From assembly GCA_024704765.1 (NCBI GenBank), contig JAKMXF010000111.1, positions 636,619 to 700,618 of the forward strand: a stretch of 64,000 bases of DNA. Reading direction: 5' to 3'. Position numbers and translations under genes: made by a program. This document shows positions 1-11,600 of this stretch, piece by piece; positions within the stretch are counted from its first letter, which is position 1; each line of letters begins with the position of its first letter. A model generated the notes under the pieces. The model was not told the origin of the DNA. It saw only the letters and a list, made by a program, of their open reading frames with translations, and searched no databases. This DNA is from Oopsacas minuta. Taxonomy: Eukaryota > Animalia > Porifera.

Positions 1-181
1 TTTCCTTTATAGTTTAGCTCTAATTTTTGTATTTTCTTATATTTTATTTTTGTGTGTTCTCCACTTATAATATTTCAAAAATTTATAATTATTAATATAC
101 TTCCATATACGGATACATTATTAGCTGTGGGTGGTCTAGTTAGTTACAAGTGAGTACAGGCAGAATACATTAGTTTGACTG

Positions 182-2478
182 ATGGCAGACACACAAACAA
201 GTAGACCTGAGATTAATGGTAGTGTCCATCTATCCTCACAACCTGAGACAAGCATCATAAGACAAGGTTAGTATTTATAATAATTTCTAGAGAAATTGTT
301 TTACCCTCTCTTCTTAAAAGTGAGATCCATCCTCTACTGGGAGAACACTTTCACAAGTATCTGCTCTCTCCTGATAACATTAATGATATTACAAACCTTC
401 AGTTTCTATCCTGGTATACATGCTACTCTGTTAGTACTGTTGGGAAGTTACACAGCATCTCTGCTATTTATTTTATCCTTCATCATATACTGTGTAGTTG
501 TTGGTAGAGAGCCACACAACCCATTCAAGTGAGCTACAGTTATTTATTAAACGAGCCTTTGGCTCGTCGCTTCGCGATGAACTCCGCGCATTGCGCCTCG
601 AGGTATTCAACAGACAAACAAACAGACAAACAACAATTGAGATGTAATAACATTGATGTTGTTTACATTATTCAGACTCAGCATACTCGATTACCCCAGT
701 ATAGTCGTTGAAAGCATGATTCTACCTCAATTTTGAAATTTGTTTACTTTATATTCATAAAAACAACAATAAATTTACATATGATTAATCCAAAAGTGTG
801 AAAATCGGATTCAGCATTTTCGAAATTTTTAATAAAGTTTTATTGAATTATTATTACTTCCTTGATAAACACGATAAATACATAGTTATGCTACAATTTC
901 AAAATTGCATACCATAAATCCTTCCTTGACAACACGGACAAACAAACAAACAAACAACAATTGAGATTTAATAATATAGATATTTAAATGGTAATTGTAA
1001 TCTCTATCCCTTTCTTGTAGTGTTTGGCTATCTGACTTTAAAGTAAATACAGGTTGGGTAAGTTCTCTCATTTCTTAACTCAAATAAATACAAATAAATT
1101 CAATAAACTCTTTCAGATTTTGAATCAGCTGGGTATACTATTAGACTTGATATCACCTTATTTTGTATCTTCATTGAGACTGATATTCTTCTTCAATCTC
1201 AAAGATTCCTTAACAGTAAGTTATCTCTGTTAGGTTATACCAGACCCTGGAGAATACATTAATAGTATTATATTATAGGTAATGACACTACTTTGGATTA
1301 TGAGTTATTTTTCATCCTATATCTCTCTGCTAGAAATAACCTACGTAGGTTAGTTTATTTATTAAAACTGTGCTCATTAACTCTAATATATTCATTGTTT
1401 AAAGTGCAATTACATAGTTTGATTATACATAGCTCATTAGCACTGTAATGAGAATCAGACTCATAAAGTCTACATTCCAACTATCACTACAGCTTCTAGA
1501 GTCCCGGGTTGGTACTCGTGGTGTTAAGATCTACACTAAGACAGGTGACAAGGGTTTAACAAGTAATTACGTTGGAACTAGAATACCGAAAGATGACGTC
1601 ATTATAGAAGCATTGGGTACTACAGATGAGTTATCGTCTCAGATAGGCTTAATACGTGCCTGGATAGCCAGGATACACTCCAACAATTCAGATCATCAAC
1701 ATCTCCTCAAACTACTAGCTAGTGTACAGTGTCATCTACAGGATATAGGTAGTCATATCGCTACGCCTCCTGACACAAAGCAAGCTGGTACACTGCCTGT
1801 ATTCAAACCAGAGCTTGTGAAAGAGCTGGAATATGAGATAGACGAGATGACGTCACGACTCCCTCCTCTCAAACACTTCATCCTACCAGGTGGTGGAATG
1901 ACAGCTGGGTATCTACATGTAGCTAGGTCTGTGTGCAGGAGATCGGAGAGGAGGGTTGTGCCCTTGATACGAGCGGGAGAACTGTCTGATAGAGTAGGCG
2001 TTTATCTGAATAGACTCTCTGACTTCCTGTTCACTACAGCTAGGTGGGCTTCTCATATTGAGGGAGAGAAAGACACTATTTATAAATAATTCCAATTATC
2101 CATGGTCTATTATCTATCTCATTATTAAATCTTAGAAATTGTTTGGTTTTTGATAAGTTTCACACTTTCTCAGCTGTTCTATTAATATTTATGTCTCCTT
2201 TTCTTACAGCTGTGTTTATCCTCTTCTCTGTACCAAAGACTTATGAAATGTACCAGGTATGTAGTAACGATATTTGTAGTTAAGTAAAATATTTCTGTAC
2301 ACTTTATATGCTATTTTGAAGGAAAAGATTGACAAATTCATAAAGAACGCAATGGACCGAATAGAGCAATTACATAAACGGTAAAATTATGGTAAATATT
2401 TTCATTTTCCTACTGTTACTGATACAATATATTCTTAGATATTTGGCTACATTAAAGCCTGATGAAAAGACTGAATAG
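182..2478 (+). CDS. RTN: Reticulon (short RTN-C-like), 8 exons: 182-266, 291-529, 1021-1057, 1117-1215, 1279-1348, 2210-2256, 2322-2380, 2439-2478
   Basis: Hand-spliced GT-AG exons stay in frame and give reticulon-domain motifs: LYWENT...HNPFN, LRLIFFFNLKDSLT, VMTLLWIMSYF, VFILFSVPKTYEMYQEKIDKF. These match LYWRD..HPF, LRRLFLVDDLVDSL, SVPVIYERHQAQID. Confidence 0.88.
551..752. repeat. ~200 bp dispersed repeat, copy 1 (terminal hairpin plus ACAA/ACAG microsatellite), in reticulon intron 530-1020
   Basis: High similarity to the reverse complement of 20429-20630. Perfect hairpin ACGAGCC-TTT-GGCTCGT at 551-567. Confidence 0.9.
935..980. repeat. Partial third copy of the 551-752 repeat
   Basis: ggacaaacaaacaaacaaacaacaattgagatttaataa matches the microsatellite-aattgagat segment of copy 1. 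Confidence 0.7.
1448..2089 (+). CDS. MMAB: Cob(I)alamin adenosyltransferase (PduO type), intronless, nested in reticulon intron 1349-2209
   Basis: KIYTKTGDKG, GTTDELSSQIG, FILPGG, LHVARSVCRRSER, YLNRLSDFLFTTAR motifs; N-terminal presequence-like segment. Confidence 0.96.
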   Translation: MRIRLIKSTFQLSLQLLESRVGTRGVKIYTKTGDKGLTSNYVGTRIPKDDVIIEALGTTDELSSQIGLIRAWIARIHSNNSDHQHLLKLLASVQCHLQDIGSHIATPPDTKQAGTLPVFKPELVKELEYEIDEMTSRLPPLKHFILPGGGMTAGYLHVARSVCRRSERRVVPLIRAGELSDRVGVYLNRLSDFLFTTARWASHIEGEKDTIYK

Positions 2479-2696
2479 AAACTCTACAGTTATTATCAAG
2501 ATTACTATATATATTGCTGCAATATAATATAATGTTACTACTAATATGATATGTTGATGAACAACTTTTACTTTATTGCTACGCAGGATCAATTAATTCC
2601 GAACTTGTGAATTCAATTTCACTTTGTTCTAATATTTAATATTATCACACCTTTATGGAGATAACACTTTATTTACTAATTCATTAGAGGTATTTT

Positions 2697-4038
2697 ATGA
2701 CGGATCAAACAGTGTTTACAACTCGCGGTCATGTGTTCCACATTGACCCAGATTCTAGAAAGAAGTGGATCCCGTCAGCAGAGGGACCTGTTGGTATTTC
2801 CCTATTCTTCGACGAGCAGAGAGGAGTATACCGGTTAGTAGCATGTGATGCTAACCAGAAAGTTGTCCTAAACTCCATGATGCAGACTAATATGACATTC
2901 ACTAAAACTTCTGCTAAGTTCGGTCAATGGTCAGACAAGTCAAGTGGACATAATGTATACGGAGTAGGATTTAGTTCTGAATCTGATCTCAATAAATTCC
3001 ACGAGGAGTTCAACAAGGTATATTTGTTATTAGCTGATTCGTATACAAATACATTATTCTATAATTTGTAGGCTAAAAGCACTATAAAGGGTTCAGACAG
3101 TAAGAAAGATGAGTATCTAGCTTCTGGTATTATAACTCCCAAACCTGAGTTCAATCAGCCGAAAGATCAGTCAGGTGTTAGCTATAAACGACCTACTTCT
3201 ACCGAGATGAGAATTAGATCTCCATCTGATGGATCCAATCAAACCGTCCTCCCGGACACACCCTCCTCCCCCGGATATGTTCCTCTTCCTGCTGCTAGGA
3301 GAGACTCTCTTCAGGATATAGATGCTACTGTAGATCTAGCTACTAAGCCTCCTCCTGGTGCTGATGAACAGCAAGTACTCAGGTATGATATAAATATACT
3401 ATACTATGTTTCATCTAGCTTATTGTTATAATTGTAGATATGAGAGTAAGAGACTAAAGGCTGCCCTCGCTCGTAGCTCAGAGAATGCTAAGAAATGGGA
3501 AGCAGAGTTACAAACTCTAAAGAACAACAATGCTAGACTTACTGCTGCTCTTCAGGATAGTGCTAGTAATGTCAGTGAATGGAAAGCTCAGCTTAAGTCT
3601 TATAAAGAGGAGAGTAGCCGTCTGAAACAGAGGGTTCATGAGTTGGAATCGAAACGAGACGGACAGTCTGAGTCTCTAAGTGCTGATCTTGAAGAGGCTA
3701 GAAGAGGACGAGCTGAGGCCGAGAAACAAGCACATAAGTCACAAGAATCATTTGCTACGCTGAGAAGAGAACTTGAAGAATTGAAAGAAGAATCTATTAA
3801 GGAAATTTCTGAGTTGAAAATAGTCAATAATAATCTGAGAGAAGGATGCACAAGTTTCCAAGAGAAAGTAGGCCAGCTTGAAGACGAACACGGACAACTT
3901 GAGATTGCTTATCAACAAGCCTTAGACGAGAAAGAGAAATCGTTTGAATTACAGAATCTTAATAATGAAGAGCTCGTTTCATTAAAGTCAAATATTAAAA
4001 CCAAAATAGTAGAAATTTCCTCACTAGTTGACTCCTAA
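2697..4038 (+). CDS. HOMER: Homer (EVH1 plus coiled coil), 3 exons: 2697-3017, 3072-3382, 3438-4038
   Basis: VFTTRGHVFHIDPDSRKKW, FTKTSAKFGQWSD, YGVGFSSE; C-terminal LKAALARSSENAKKWEAELQTLKNNNARLTAALQDS; GT-AG introns in frame. Confidence 0.95.
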
Positions 4039-4448
4039 TAGAGCGCTAATGGTAACCTGTTCTCTTATTTTTGATACAATTCAAGGGAATACTAATATTA
4101 CCTAATTCTTATTTTCTATTTAGAAATATTCTAATATACTTTCACAATACACAAATAATTATGTTATATTTATGTGCATTATTAAAACAGTATTCGTCAT
4201 ATTATATTTACTTTTAAAGATTAAAGAAATATACTTTCATACCTAATGTAATTATTTATAGCTTATTGTAGCCTTTGTTAATGAGTGAATTGTCTGTAAT
4301 CTAAAGTCTCGAGGGAGAATTTACATTTCTGTGTGCTAACTTGAGGTTACCTAAGCAGATATCATACTTGCGTAAGTATAGGATAAATTAGTAATTTATT
4401 TTGATTTCATTAGGGACTTAACTTTAGTATAATTCTCATATTACACCT

Positions 4449-4456
4449 TATATAAA
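4449..4456 (+). promoter_or_regulatory. Possible TATA box (TATATAAA) of the PMP-like 7TM gene; spacing favours ATG 4499 as the start
   Basis: Consensus match ~45 nt upstream of ATG 4499, which begins a signal-peptide-like MSKLFCLIFTLLSVILSG. Weak evidence in an AT-rich genome. Confidence 0.3.
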
Positions 4457-4465
4457 TATCTCACA

Positions 4466-7400
4466 ATGATTAAAGTACAAGCAAACTACTTTTCTAAAAT
4501 GTCCAAATTGTTTTGCCTTATATTCACGCTATTGAGTGTAATTCTAAGTGGAAATTGTACAGAAATCCGCTGCAATGCTACAAACATTATCGATTGTTTT
4601 ACTCAAAAGCCCTCGCCTGCAGGAAAGGTCCACCTCGTATTGGATCCTAACATCTCGTATTACCTATCAGAGACATATAAATTCACAAATGGAATACGAT
4701 CATTGACTATAACTAGTCCTAATAATACTGTAATTACGATTCCACAGAATATTACAGTTGAGCTGATTATTCAGAATGTCACTGAAGTTAATTTCCAAAA
4801 TATTACATTTCACGGTGGTCATCCTCGGGTATACCATCATTTCCATTCCTTCCTCACCATCAATAATTCGCGATCTATATACATTTCACAATGTAAATTT
4901 CGCGGAATAATCGGTCTTGCAATTTACATATCGTCTGTTCACAATGGCTATTTCAGCTTAGACTTAACTCAGTCAGTATTTAACGGTACAAATGACCCCT
5001 CGTACCCTTCTCAAGGTGTGCATGTCTGGCTGAATCAAACTGATAATACTTCTGTATCTGTCACACATTCTAAGTTTTCATATTTCAAAGTGGATGCATC
5101 ATCTGCCAACGTCAGTTATCACCAACGTATGAGGTATCGTCCCCTGGCAATAGAACAAATTCGCAACGCTCATTCACCTGATTTTATTAGAACATATGTC
5201 GTGTCTGATTGCAACTTTGAGAATAATAAGGGTTTTGTAGGAGGTGGATTAGGACTATATACAGGCCTCGGTGTGAATTCTCACTATACAATTAGACGCT
5301 GTCATTTCCGGAATAATTCCGTTTATAATACGAGATATAAAAAACAGCAGAAAAATGAGATTGATGTCACAGGGTCTGGGGGTGGAATAGCAGCTCTCTT
5401 CTTTAACTGTAAATACTGTAGACTGAGCATATCCGATTCTACTCTAATTGCTAACAGAGCCACGCTAGGTGGTGGTATTAAAATTGGATTTTATTTCGAA
5501 TCCTCAAACGTGTATATTAACATAAGTAACTGTACCTTCAGGAATAATATAGCTGATTCCGGTGCAGGTTTGTACATAGAATCACAGTTGGTTAAACATT
5601 TAGTGCTCCAGGCTGCTAATTTGTCTAATCTAGACTTCCATAGCAACCAAGCTACACAATTTGGCGCCGGTATTTTCGTAGCCTACCTCCCTCTTATACT
5701 CAATGGAGATTACGTGCGTTTCGTTAACAATACGAATACATCATTTGCAGTAATCTCTTCACAGATTGAAGTACATACTAATTTAACTTTTAAAGATAAT
5801 AGCGGACAGAGGGGCGGAGCTCTCTACTTATCAGACAACTCACAACTCCTCTTAGATCAATACGTGTCTCTGTACTTTGAAAATAATACTGCTAGAGATA
5901 GAGGGGGAGCAATATGCGCAGATTCCATCAGTCTTGATCTACTCTATAGGAATTACGGATATACTTTTTATAATGTACATTGCTTCATAAAGCATTTCAT
6001 AAAGTTTGAATCAAGAACCCCTGATGAGTACACTCAGAATATTACCTTTAAAAACAATAAAGCTCCAAAAGGCTCAGCTATTTATACCCACACCCTCTCT
6101 CCTTGCTCCTGGTACAGTGACAGGCTTCCTTACTCAAACATATCCCTTGCATTAAATTGGTCTACATACCATTACTATAATACAGAAGATGACCAGCTAA
6201 ATTCATCATTAATAGCTACAGCTGTAGCTCACTATACTATTAGCAATGACCATGCTACGCTACAAAGGCTGCTTAAACTATACAATACGGCGGAGTATCC
6301 GCATTACCACGTCAATATTACAGTACAACCAGGGATTCCTACGAAGATATTCTTCGTGGCAACTGATCAGCTGGGCTCCCATGAGGTGTCGATTGCTACC
6401 GTGGAGGCTGATACAGGGGGTAAAGTGAAGCCGTGTACGGTACACGGTGAAGAGTCCATATTTCTGACAAGTTCAGATGATAAGAACTCTGACGATAAGA
6501 GTCAAGTTGAGCTCTCTTTCTGCGGTAACCCAGGAGATGAAGGGAAGGTGTTGTTCAAATCTTTAGACGGTCTAACCATTGAGAAAACGGTGAGTGTTAA
6601 GCTTGCGTACTGTCCAGAAGGAATGTACTTGAATACAGATCACGTTTGTAGTTGTTATAACGTAGAATCTTCTAAAGGAATTCCGTTTTACACACAAGTA
6701 CTAAATTCATCTAAACATCTCTATCCATGGATGTCAAATAATTCAAATGATACATTCGTACAGATGAGCTGTCCATCTAGCTATTGTAACATCAGTATGA
6801 CGTCACATACTATAGGGTTTAAGAACCAACCATGTGTTAACGTTTCTAATAGCAGTGATTGTTTGAATGGTAGAGAAGGTATAGCTTGTAGTAGTTGTAA
6901 ACCTCGTTACGACGGTCTGGAATCTGGTACATTGAAATGTACGAGGCATTGTGGAACATTAGTCACAGTCTTCACTACACTAGCAGTCATCCTGTTATTG
7001 TTGATTATAATAGCAGTCCTCTTTCTAATCCGTACAAGTAGTTACTTAAATGACCATATAGAATTACGTCATAAACTCGGTCCTTATGCCAGATCATTTG
7101 TATTCTTCTGTCAAGGAACTTTTATACTTTACCTAAATACCGAGCCCAGAACTAAAATCGATAAGTATCTCCCACTGCCCCAGATCATTGACAAAACCGG
7201 TCTCTTCCTTAATTACGGTTTATGTTTCACGTTTGGCATTACCTCATCACGTGGAAGAGTATTCGAGGAGTATTTCTTGTATCTAATCGGCTTTATAGGA
7301 ATTTTCTTCTTCGCAATTTTGATATTTTGTTTATTAACCCGCTGTATAAAGGTCCATCGTAAGTTCTCTATCCTGGTCTACGTCCTAGTCACGTATAGCT

Positions 7401-8512
7401 ATTTCACATATGCACCTATCACATTCACTACGTTAAGACTTCTAAGCTGTGGGCTCTTGACCACCTATAACTCTACATCAGGAGATCAACTACAAGAATT
7501 GCATTATGTGTGGTTATATAATTCTACTCAACCTTGTTACGGCACATCCTGGGATACATTTATGACGTCAGTAGCTTATTTAACTCTCTTATTCTACGTC
7601 ATACCGTTGCCTTTTACTTACCTGCTCTTTGCATTTATTAAATACGTAGATTTACGTAAACTCGTGAATAAGTACATTAGAAAGAGGGATGCAATCCGAA
7701 ATAGCTTATCAGCTCAACACAGTACGTCTAAGTTACACTCTTCTTTGAAACTATTTAACAAACTGTCTACTGAGTATGTGTCATGTTTCTCTGAGCCTCA
7801 CTTCGGATTTTGGATTCCTATAACAATGATAACTAGCCTTACTCTATTAGTAATACAGATTAACGGTGCACCATTTAACACCCCCAGTGATAAACAGGCT
7901 CAGTACTTAGCTGTTGTATGCTTCTTCTATTTATATATTCGTGTCAGTCTTAAAATAACAGAAGATATCTACGTTCAGTTCTATGACTCTACATCTATAT
8001 TCTTCCTCTGTCTATCTTGTATTTTCCTTATTATTAAGAACAATATATCTACTCATTTTCTTGACTCCACCACATCCAAGTTTGCTGGTGTAGTCCAGTA
8101 TTTTCCGTTTGTTTCTTACGTGTTTCTATTCCTAATAATTCTCACACCACCTGCCATCAAGTTCTGTGTAAAGAAATCATTTCCTAATTCCCCAGACAAA
8201 GAGGAAACCCCTAACGAACCCCATACTGCCTCAAATACACATTTTCTGCCCAATCAAGCGCACGCCGAGCCTGATAGTGATGAAGAAATAAATGACCAGG
8301 CAAAGCCACTGCTAGCACATGACCCTCTTAACGAAATTAACAATACGAATGAACCCAATAATCAAGGCTCAACACTAAGGCCTGATTACAAAGATATTAA
8401 AAATCAGAGCTATAGCTACTCCAGCGACCACGGTATCAGCTCTCCTGCACTGAGTGGTGATAGTGTTGACATAATCGGTCTTGTCCTGAGTCATGAGAAT
8501 CAGGCAGATTAA
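4466..8512 (+). CDS. Large membrane protein: signal peptide, PMP-like/pectin-lyase-fold beta-helix repeats, Cys-rich stalk, ~7 TM helices; intronless
   Basis: Repeated FxxN...GG(A/G)(I/L) motifs (FENNKGFVGGGL, FRNNIADSGAGL, FKDNSGQRGGAL, FENNTARDRGGAI), CxxGRxGxxCxxC stalk, multiple hydrophobic segments. Confidence 0.8.
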   Translation: MIKVQANYFSKMSKLFCLIFTLLSVILSGNCTEIRCNATNIIDCFTQKPSPAGKVHLVLDPNISYYLSETYKFTNGIRSLTITSPNNTVITIPQNITVELIIQNVTEVNFQNITFHGGHPRVYHHFHSFLTINNSRSIYISQCKFRGIIGLAIYISSVHNGYFSLDLTQSVFNGTNDPSYPSQGVHVWLNQTDNTSVSVTHSKFSYFKVDASSANVSYHQRMRYRPLAIEQIRNAHSPDFIRTYVVSDCNFENNKGFVGGGLGLYTGLGVNSHYTIRRCHFRNNSVYNTRYKKQQKNEIDVTGSGGGIAALFFNCKYCRLSISDSTLIANRATLGGGIKIGFYFESSNVYINISNCTFRNNIADSGAGLYIESQLVKHLVLQAANLSNLDFHSNQATQFGAGIFVAYLPLILNGDYVRFVNNTNTSFAVISSQIEVHTNLTFKDNSGQRGGALYLSDNSQLLLDQYVSLYFENNTARDRGGAICADSISLDLLYRNYGYTFYNVHCFIKHFIKFESRTPDEYTQNITFKNNKAPKGSAIYTHTLSPCSWYSDRLPYSNISLALNWSTYHYYNTEDDQLNSSLIATAVAHYTISNDHATLQRLLKLYNTAEYPHYHVNITVQPGIPTKIFFVATDQLGSHEVSIATVEADTGGKVKPCTVHGEESIFLTSSDDKNSDDKSQVELSFCGNPGDEGKVLFKSLDGLTIEKTVSVKLAYCPEGMYLNTDHVCSCYNVESSKGIPFYTQVLNSSKHLYPWMSNNSNDTFVQMSCPSSYCNISMTSHTIGFKNQPCVNVSNSSDCLNGREGIACSSCKPRYDGLESGTLKCTRHCGTLVTVFTTLAVILLLLIIIAVLFLIRTSSYLNDHIELRHKLGPYARSFVFFCQGTFILYLNTEPRTKIDKYLPLPQIIDKTGLFLNYGLCFTFGITSSRGRVFEEYFLYLIGFIGIFFFAILIFCLLTRCIKVHRKFSILVYVLVTYSYFTYAPITFTTLRLLSCGLLTTYNSTSGDQLQELHYVWLYNSTQPCYGTSWDTFMTSVAYLTLLFYVIPLPFTYLLFAFIKYVDLRKLVNKYIRKRDAIRNSLSAQHSTSKLHSSLKLFNKLSTEYVSCFSEPHFGFWIPITMITSLTLLVIQINGAPFNTPSDKQAQYLAVVCFFYLYIRVSLKITEDIYVQFYDSTSIFFLCLSCIFLIIKNNISTHFLDSTTSKFAGVVQYFPFVSYVFLFLIILTPPAIKFCVKKSFPNSPDKEETPNEPHTASNTHFLPNQAHAEPDSDEEINDQAKPLLAHDPLNEINNTNEPNNQGSTLRPDYKDIKNQSYSYSSDHGISSPALSGDSVDIIGLVLSHENQAD

Positions 8513-8627
8513 CTAATAATTATATTAACCTTAAGAACTGTTACTAAATATCTGTATTGTAAATTTGTTTATTTCCTTTATTAATTAGTTATACATTAGT
8601 CTTATTGATTTCCATCAGATAGTTATA

Positions 8628-11600
8628 ATGGTTGAACACAGGTTGGAGTTAAGCATTGGTTATCTGATTCCTAAGGTACCTACTAAAGACATGCTAATTC
8701 CTTCAGAACACATTTATAACGCATTTCGTACTTGCAACATAACACATCTGGAATCTGTCCCTTCTAACCAGCTGTTACCTATACTACCGAGCTTGGTACG
8801 TATGGTCTTGTATCCGCCTCTAGACAAGAGTGATTTCTGGTACAGACAATCTAAACGCTTCACTCAACTAATCTCAACTCACTCCGCAGCTAATTTCATA
8901 ACTTCTCTATTCTCAGTAGACTATTCAGCTATTGAGGAGGATACATTAAAATCTATTGCTCTTATCAATAAGCTATCTGCTGTAGATTCTCAACACGATA
9001 CTGTATCTCCTCCATCTCTGCTAATTGGAAATATAAGAGAGCTAGCTCTGTTAGATTTCGAGAAATCTAATCCTGATAGGAAGATACGTCTTGTATCAGC
9101 TGAGCTGGTACGATTACTTTACAATTCTGATTCATTTATTGGAGATAAGTACACACCCTCTGAACTTCTCCTCATAAACCCGTACCTCCCTCTAATGTCT
9201 CGTATTATAGTACAGCTAACTCACCAGCTACCTAATTTATTCCCTATCCCAGAGCTATGTGAGGCTCTTATAAAGGTGAACTGTGGTGCTGAGCTAGTAT
9301 GCTCAATCGCAGCCAACAATCCTAACGATTTCGAAGATATTCTTTACTCACTTCTATCTGGAGATGAATCACAAGATGATCAGCTACAATTCAATCCCCT
9401 CCGTATGAAAACACTCTGTCTGTTATGTAGCATGAACCCTGCTTACTTCTCTATCGTGAGGAGAAGATGTGTACAGCTCAAGAAACATATGTCTATAGCT
9501 TTTATACTAGCACTAGAAGAAGCTAATACTATTTCTACGACTTATTTGCATACAGATTCTTCATTAGATATAGAATTGCCTTCCTTCACAATTGACTCAC
9601 TTCTCTCGCAGCCTACTCATGCTAATTATCCTGTTCTTGACTTCTTAAGCTCTATCCTATTGAATAATAGTGACGATAATTGTTGGGTAACTCTGTATTT
9701 GAAACAAGCACTTCGTAAGAATATTCCTTCTCGTATATTCACATGTGTGAAACAACATATTATGGATAGATTACTACGAGCTATACCAGAGATAGGGGAA
9801 GGTGTGAAGGAGGGTAAGTCTCCTCCTTTGGAGCAAATGGACTCAGACAGTCCTCATGAGACAGGAGATTACGAGCACATGCAGACAGAAGGAGCCATCT
9901 CCAGGGTATCAGTCCTATCTCTGACGTCATCTCAGCTAAAGTTTGCTGCCTCTGTCTTACGAGTATTCTGTATCCTCCGTAGACTATGTTCCCTCCCTCC
10001 TACCCATCGAGAGACTGACGTAATATTTAATCTTATCATCACTCCATCTATCTCCTTACAAGATGGAACTGAATTCTTGAAGGTAGCGCTAGGAGCCCTG
10101 CTACTGTGTCCTGTATTCTATGCAGGAGATAAGGAGAATCTCGTGATGGAATGGTACCAGCAACTCGTGCTTATACTCCCAACAGCTGATTCTCAAGACT
10201 TCCAGCTGACTGAGCTACTACTCACTATACATACTCTATCTCATAACTCTAATCAGCAAGCTCTCGTAGAGCTGATATCTGCTATAATGTCTATTCCTCT
10301 CAGGAATAAGTCTTATCAAGTGACTAAATCTAAAGAAATATTCCTCAAGGTATTCACAGATGAGAAATGTAGTCCCATGATCCTATCACTACCTCCCACA
10401 CCCAATCTTAATGCTAACAACACAGATAAATTCTTCATACAGTCTCTACTAGATTTCCTGAAGAAGAAAACTATTCCTTCCAGTATGCAGCATACTCAGT
10501 GGATATTTAAACAAATCTTACAGTGTACTCTCCCTCTACACTCTACAATGCTTCTTATCCTCAAGGAGTACATTACTGGTATTGTACGTGAAGCTTGTAA
10601 AAATAATTCCTCTGTTGTAGATCTGTTATTCCAAAGAAATGACATCATAGAGATGTATAGTAACACATCTTTACTGCATAATGATGATCTAGCTGCACAA
10701 CTCCTTGTCTTGTTCTATCTATTGACTATATTCTCAGATGAAACTATTCCTATCTCTTCTCCTGTATCAGAATACACTGTATCTATGCTACAGCATGTCC
10801 CTATTAAGATGCTTCTTAGCAAGGCCATTAGTCATGCTACTCTATGCAGTGAACTCTATCCTCTATTGCTTAAACTGATTATAGATTGTCTACCTCAGCT
10901 CTGGCTGCCTCAGAATGTACTCAGAGAATTTAACTGTGTTCAATCGGGGATGAAATTAGAAACTAAATGTATACCAGTTCATTTTGAAAAGACTATGAAT
11001 CAAAGGAGCCCTAATCTGCATATAATATTCGTGCTACTCAAACAACTACTCAACTTACATGTAGATAAACTCAGATCATTTATGTCTGTTCTTGTAGAGT
11101 TAATCCCTGATCTACTCTCTCCTAACATAGCTAGACAGACTCAGAATATATACTTAACTCTATGGGAGCGTTTAGAGAGTGTAGAGCCTAGAAGGTTATG
11201 GTTAACTACTGCTAACTGTCTTATTGAGAGTGAACAGGAGTTGACCCATGACGATTTAGCATTTGATCCTCTCCTTATCCTAAACTGTGATTCCCGAGTC
11301 TTCCGTGTCCCTCCTATATACAGTCTACTCCTAGACACACTAGTAGCATATCTAGCCTCATCTAGAGTACATCTGTATCGTATTGAGAGACAGAGAGAGC
11401 TACAAGGAATATTCCCTCCTTCTCAAGATACAGTACCTCCATACGAATTGAGACAGACAATAATATCCACACAAGAGAGTGCTGTAATACAATTATTGAT
11501 TGACATTTGTATTCCTAATGATGAAGACAAGAGTAATCAGAGTCCATTCGGTATGCAGATGACTAATCTTACAGAAATACAATGTCTGTCCTGTTGTCTT

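Noticed and set aside
529-711. 60-aa ORF, and the 20571-20813 ORF start
   Set aside because: Both are translations of the dispersed hairpin repeat. The latter runs into a genuine ASPG exon.
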